Positions 59,033-64,000 of a stretch of 64,000 nucleotides of DNA are shown here, piece by piece. The notes below the pieces were generated by a model that ran no database searches, was not told the origin of the DNA, and saw nothing but the letters and a program-made list of their open reading frames with translations. Origin of the DNA: Amoebophrya sp. A120 (lineage: Eukaryota > Protista > Dinoflagellata); NCBI GenBank assembly GCA_905178155.1, contig CAJINV010000009.1:186001-250000 (forward strand), given 5' to 3'. Position 1 is the first letter of the stretch. Each line of letters opens with the position of its first letter. Position numbers and translations under genes: made by a program.

Positions 59033-62000
59033 ATGAAGTCGAAACTTGTTTCCGGCCTGGCTGGCGCGGTGGGGTCGGCGACTTTGACCCAATGGCAGTT
59101 GGAGCAGTTGATGCTCCTCGCAAGCGTGGATGTGAGCAGCCACCTGCTGGTCTCGGCCGCAAAGGGCAAAGGCAAGGGAGGTGGAGATGATTCTGACGAC
59201 CTTGAGAGCGACGACGACGGCCGCGATGCCGATGACGAAGACACTGACATCACGGATGACGAGCCCATCACAGATGACGAGCCCATGAGTGACGACCCCG
59301 ACGACGGGCGGGCGCCCCCGGCGGCCGCCCCGGGCGGGGGTGGAAAATCTTTAGTGGCCGCCCCGGGCGGGCGCCGATCTTCCGCCGCTGCCACGTTTGT
59401 ACTGCCTCCCGCACTTCCCCCGCTCGCCGAGGACGATGACACCCACCTGAGTTGCTCGAAGCTCTGGGAGCCGACCGGCTTCTTCGGCTCGAAAGCGGCT
59501 GGCGTGAAACAATCCAAGTTGAACACGATGTGCCACATGACCAAGCGCGGACTGGGGTAAGGACGTTGATCAGCCTGGTTTTTTCAAAACGACAAAAATT
59601 TCCTGTTGTACTTTATTTCCTTGAAGGATATATAAACGTAAACAGCGACCACGATACGAACGGAGCTGCACTATTTAGACAATCGGGGAGAAATCCGTGT
59701 CTGTGTATATTGAATATAACCAGAACTTTTACGGAAAATTGACATTAGTATTAAAAGAGTTGAACGATCTGAGAATGAAATGCAGCAGTAGTACTCCAAA
59801 AAATCAATCTCGACCGGCATCCTGAGTATAATTTCCGAAAGAACTTCTATGAGAAGCTTCTGAAGCCAATGTGAAATAAAATTTTCTTTCTCCTAATCCA
59901 ACAGCGTCTACCCGGCAAGTCTGAGTGCGGCTACCTTTCCGTCCGAGGTCTACAAGGAAGTTCATGGTGCGGAGTTGGTGGAAGAGCAGAGAAATCGCGG
60001 CTTCCTGGCGAAAAAGTTGAAGGGGAGCTATGAATCGAACGCCCTGAAATGGTAGTTTCAATTTCGTTCTTATCTTATTACCTCGTCTCTGCTTCGTGGA
60101 TGTGTATTTCATGCCAGCACCAGCAGCCCATCCTATTTCTAGTTCTAAACGAATCTATGAAAAAAATGAGAATAGCAAAATAAAAGAATTGCTAATCATG
60201 TTAATAACTGCAAAACGTCCAACATCTTCTCAACATCAAGCCGGATCGATGCGAGAAGTACTTAATTTTTGTAAAATAATAAAAAAAAGGTACAAGAATG
60301 TCCTGGACACGCAGATGAACTGGGACGAAGTGATGAAGATTCACGGTTCCGACCCGAACTTGGACGTGCAAACGCTGCTCGAGGATGACCGGACGAGGGT
60401 GCTCGGCCAGGTCGTCCGGGATTTGGAGTACTGCTGTAACCCGGTGAAGCAGGAGGAGGCCTGGGGCAAGTGGCAGCTGATGACGAACATGCAGAAGGTG
60501 GAGAACCTGCAGAACCGCAAGCACGCCGAGTTCCACGGGACCCAGGGGGACTGCGGCGCGCTGGTTCCCACGCAGGGTTTCTTCGCCCGCACGAACGACG
60601 AGAAAATGGCCACTCTGCACGAGCTGTGCGGTGTGTGGGCCGCCGGGTCGCAGTTCGACAGCGGGACCCACTTCCCGATGCTCAGCTTCGAGTTCGAGGC
60701 GTCGCGGGCGGCGAACAAGTACCGCATGTTCACCTCGAAGCAGGGGGCGGGGCAAAAGTGGTACGTGGACCGCATGAAGCAGTACTGGTACGGAACCGGT
60801 CGTGAGGCCGCCCGCGCACAGATGCCCAAGGACGCGATCCTGAACAAGGGGCGTGAACTTGATCCTGCCCATGCACGCGAGCTGCGGATCACGGAACTGC
60901 GGGCGCGCGGGCTGTGGGACACGATCTTCTGCTGCAGCGCGACGGGGGACGAGGGCTCGGAACTGTTTGAGCAGCTGGAAAAGGACCGGCGGGGGTTCGA
61001 CGAGAAGATCTTCAAGGACGAGGACGAAACGAAGCGGCTGAAGGACGAGGCCGAGCGCGCCGCAGAGGCGAAGAGGCAAGCAGTGGCCGCTGCGGACGCG
61101 GCCAGCGAAGAGGCGCGGGAGGCGGCGAACAGGGCATCCAAGCTGGAATCGGAACTGGCGGCCGCGAAAGCCAAATTGGAGCAGCTGCAAGCGCAAGCGG
61201 CCACGCCGGGGCAAGCGGCCACGCCGGGGCAAGCGGCCCCGCCGAATCTGTCGGAAGATCTGCAGCAGGCGAAGGCTCGGATCGCGGAACTGGAGAAGCA
61301 GCGGGATCAGAATGCGAAAGAGAGCGCAAAAGCGGCGCAGGCGCTTGAGGCCTCGCAGAACTACCTGAATGAACAATGGTGGAAGGACCAAAACGACAAG
61401 TTGCGGCTCGCGTCAGAGAACGTGGAAGGGCTCAAGGCGGAGCTGGAGCAGAGGTACGCGGAGGTGGTTCACATGGCCAAGGGCTACGGTGTCGACGAGA
61501 ACGGGCGACTGCTGCCGGAGCGGCCGCGAGAGGACCCCTTCCCGTCCGCGGAGACGCCGGAGGAGGAGCGGCGGGAGGAAGAGGCGGCCGCGGCGTTGAA
61601 TCATGTGCCGCCTGCATGGGAGCCGGTGGGCGATTTTTACGTGACGGGACTCTTTGAGGCACTCGACCACAAAAAAACCAAAACGGCGCAAGGGGAGCCT
61701 GACGATGATGATGATGATGATGATGACGACGACGATGAAGAGGCCCCCTGCTGCGGCGGGGACGACGAAGAGCCGGCGGGTTCGGCTTTGTCGCTGGACA
61801 AGAAACTGAAACACGACTGGACCGACGACTTCGGCGCGCTCGATGACATTATCTCGGGCAAGTCGTACGACGACCTCTCCACCGCTGAGGGGCTGGCGCA
61901 GGTCGACGTGGACGACGAGGGAGGCACCTGCGTGGGCTGCTCCGGCTCTTCCCGGAGCCTGCAGGTGGACGCCTTGGCTTCGGCCTCCGCCGGAGCGGCC

Positions 62001-62168
62001 GACAACGGGCGCGTGCCGGGGGATGGCCTGCTGGGAGACGACTGGCTCGTCACAGAAAAGGACCTACACAAAATCCGCGATCAGGGGGTGGCCAGCATGC
62101 TCCAAAAGGGAGGGCGGATGGTGACGAACGTGGAAGTGACTGCCGCCGGGGAGTCGAATCCCATGTGA
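59033..62168 (+). CDS. Hypothetical two-exon protein with acidic tracts and a coiled coil
   Basis: GT-AG intron 59557-60289 joins ..TKRGL-G-YKNVLDTQ.. in frame. Exons are GC-rich with codon-like bias. Contains QAATPG repeats and poly-Asp. No family recognised. Confidence 0.7.
61701..61737 (+). repeat. (GAT/GAC)n poly-Asp tract
   Basis: 12 consecutive Asp codons. Confidence 0.9.
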
Positions 62169-64000
62169 GGGGCGCGGATGATTTCATTTTCCGGCGTGCA
62201 TTTTCCTGAGGAGGACAAAAGGCCGGCGGGCGAGCCAAATCATGACAGCTTGTTAAGCAGAAGTACGGGTGTACCACAAGCACAACCACTGTAAGAAACA
62301 GGAGCCGATTTATTGCGAAGACGTCTGTTTTGTGAACAACATTGACCGAGTTGGGTTTTTTCATTTGTTTAAAAAGTAATTACTTACATCATTTCATTCA
62401 CTTTCACTAGTACATGCCTTGCCAGCACACTGCTGAAATTCGGGAGTTCTAACATTTGTATAGTATTTCAAATTATTCAATTCCTTTACTTTTACACATC
62501 ATTTACATTCGACCAAAATTTGGGAATTTCACGAGATTTTAAAACTTTGTTTTCTACGACCTCAAAACTAACATGGAGAAATCTGTCGCACTCACAGTCT
62601 AGTATCGTCCAAAGTACTTTGTATTTCGTCAAATTTTGAAAATTTTTTTCGCTCGATGTACAGTAACGATTGACGAATTTCTTTCTTGAGAAGGAGCTGA
62701 AAAAGTGTGGAGGAAGCCGAAGAGGAAGAACCGTACGCTCCTCGCCTCATAATGTATCAATCATTATATTCCAGCTGCGGAAGAAAAGCGCAAGCGAGTA
62801 CTTATACATAGTGGTGCTCGTAGTACTAGACTTGCGCCGAGACCAGATGACTGACGGCGGCGTTCAGGCGTTTCTTCGAACGCCTTTCGCTTCAACGCCA
62901 GGAGCAAAAGGGAAACATTATGCACACACTTCTTCTCATGCTTTTATTTTCCTTCTATTTTCGCGGAAGTAGCGGATTTGAGATGAAATGCGTTTTCTGG
63001 GCGGCGCGAGCGCAAGCTGCATCTCTGCCCCTCCCTTGTTCGCTGTGCCAGTTTTCTGTCGCATCAGGAATAGGATGCGAAACAGCCGCAGCTGGCAAAA
63101 CCCCGAAGCATACCACGCTCGTGGTACCGAATTGGTTTTCTCTTTTCCGAATGCGAATGGATCAGCGTGCTCCGGCGGATCTTCTTGTTGATCCATTGTG
63201 ACAAAAAACTAAAACAGTCAAGTAGCTAGTGGCACGTCTACATTCAGTAGAACATGTCAAGATCTCGATCATTTTTCGAAGGCGATCTGAAGTGTACATA
63301 GTGATGTATGGTTGTATGTTCTTCTTTTCATGTGGTTGTGCCTGACCACAAGCTAGAGTTATGACCGGCTACTTCGATTTCGCTCGTTTTTTTGAGTTCA
63401 CTGTGATTGAAATTGGTGTAGGAACGATCTTTGTTATTCTTTCTTGGTGCGGAGGAATAGTACAAACACAAAGAGTGAGAAGCTCTTCCTATTACAACAT
63501 GATGTTGTTGCTAGTTGTTTGCATCCAAACTTTGTAAAGAAGAGCTACGCAGTCGCGGTCGCGATGCCTGCAAAATCCGTATCGTTTCCTTGCAATTTTC
63601 CGTCTGGTGATAGTGATTTCGGTTTGAGTCCGTGGTCCTGACAGGCAGAAAATTTTAGTATTGAATCACTGAGAACCAGAACGCATGCCGATGAAGGTCT
63701 TGGAAGCCCCGCGTCAGTATATTTTTTTTTGCGCTCGGCAAGACAGAGCCGCATTTACACTTTGCATGAAGCATATCCTTTTGCGATGAAAGGCACTCTT
63801 TACGTCTTTATTCCGAAGCGCAGGCCTATTCGTCAAGATGCTCTTCGCGCTTCTCGCCTCTGAGTGCTGGAAGGACACCTGGGGTCCGCATAATTTTGCT
63901 CGCTGTTGCTATGTGTTGAAGCGTGGATCTCAAACTCCCTACTCTGTGACGTTTCCTAGTTTGTCATGCTTGTTGCAGTGTTTGTGTTTCAATATCAAGC

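Noticed and set aside
60201-61391. Long minus-strand ORFs antisense to the main genes (also 22805-23521, 33046-33975, 38346-39257)
   Set aside because: These are shadow ORFs of GC-rich + strand coding sequence.
63770-64000. Possible further introner at the window end (TTTGTCATGC at ~63960)
   Set aside because: No matching TIR pair or direct repeat is visible within the window.
1-64000. Dinoflagellate spliced-leader relics, tRNA and rRNA genes
   Set aside because: No convincing CCGTAGCCATTTTGGCTCAAG match, cloverleaf or rRNA motif was seen by eye.

Overview
Eukaryotic, intron-rich nuclear DNA, not prokaryotic. About 12 protein-coding genes can be reconstructed, all on the + strand: an FHA-domain protein, a long coiled-coil protein, a ~2,800-aa eIF4G-like protein (PAM2, 4E-binding-like motif, MIF4G), a bacterial-type RNase HII, a CDGSH Fe-S protein, a Cys-rich surface protein, a PPPDE/DeSI peptidase, a BtpA/SgcQ-APRT fusion, a second secreted/TM Cys-motif protein, a B3GNTL1/QTGAL-like GT2, a large 2OG-Fe(II) oxygenase and a hypothetical protein. 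The main feature is a set of 15 short (134-397 nt) non-autonomous TIR elements in five families. They start TAT and end ATA (one ends ACA) and are flanked by 5-nt direct repeats. All sit inside coding exons, and removing the element plus one repeat restores the reading frame. They behave as non-canonical 'introner' introns. With the one-strand gene order, this best fits a syndinian dinoflagellate such as Amoebophrya (inference). Three patterns go beyond the basic introner description: (i) all four family-1 copies lie 45-59 nt from another introner, three of them at the same end of a family-2 copy; (ii) one decayed copy, whose target duplication supplies GT/AG, looks like an introner turning into a canonical intron; (iii) all families share an internal TTTGTVATGC-type motif despite different TIRs. 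No transposase, rRNA, tRNA or CRISPR array was found. Exon boundaries are manual reconstructions without transcript data.
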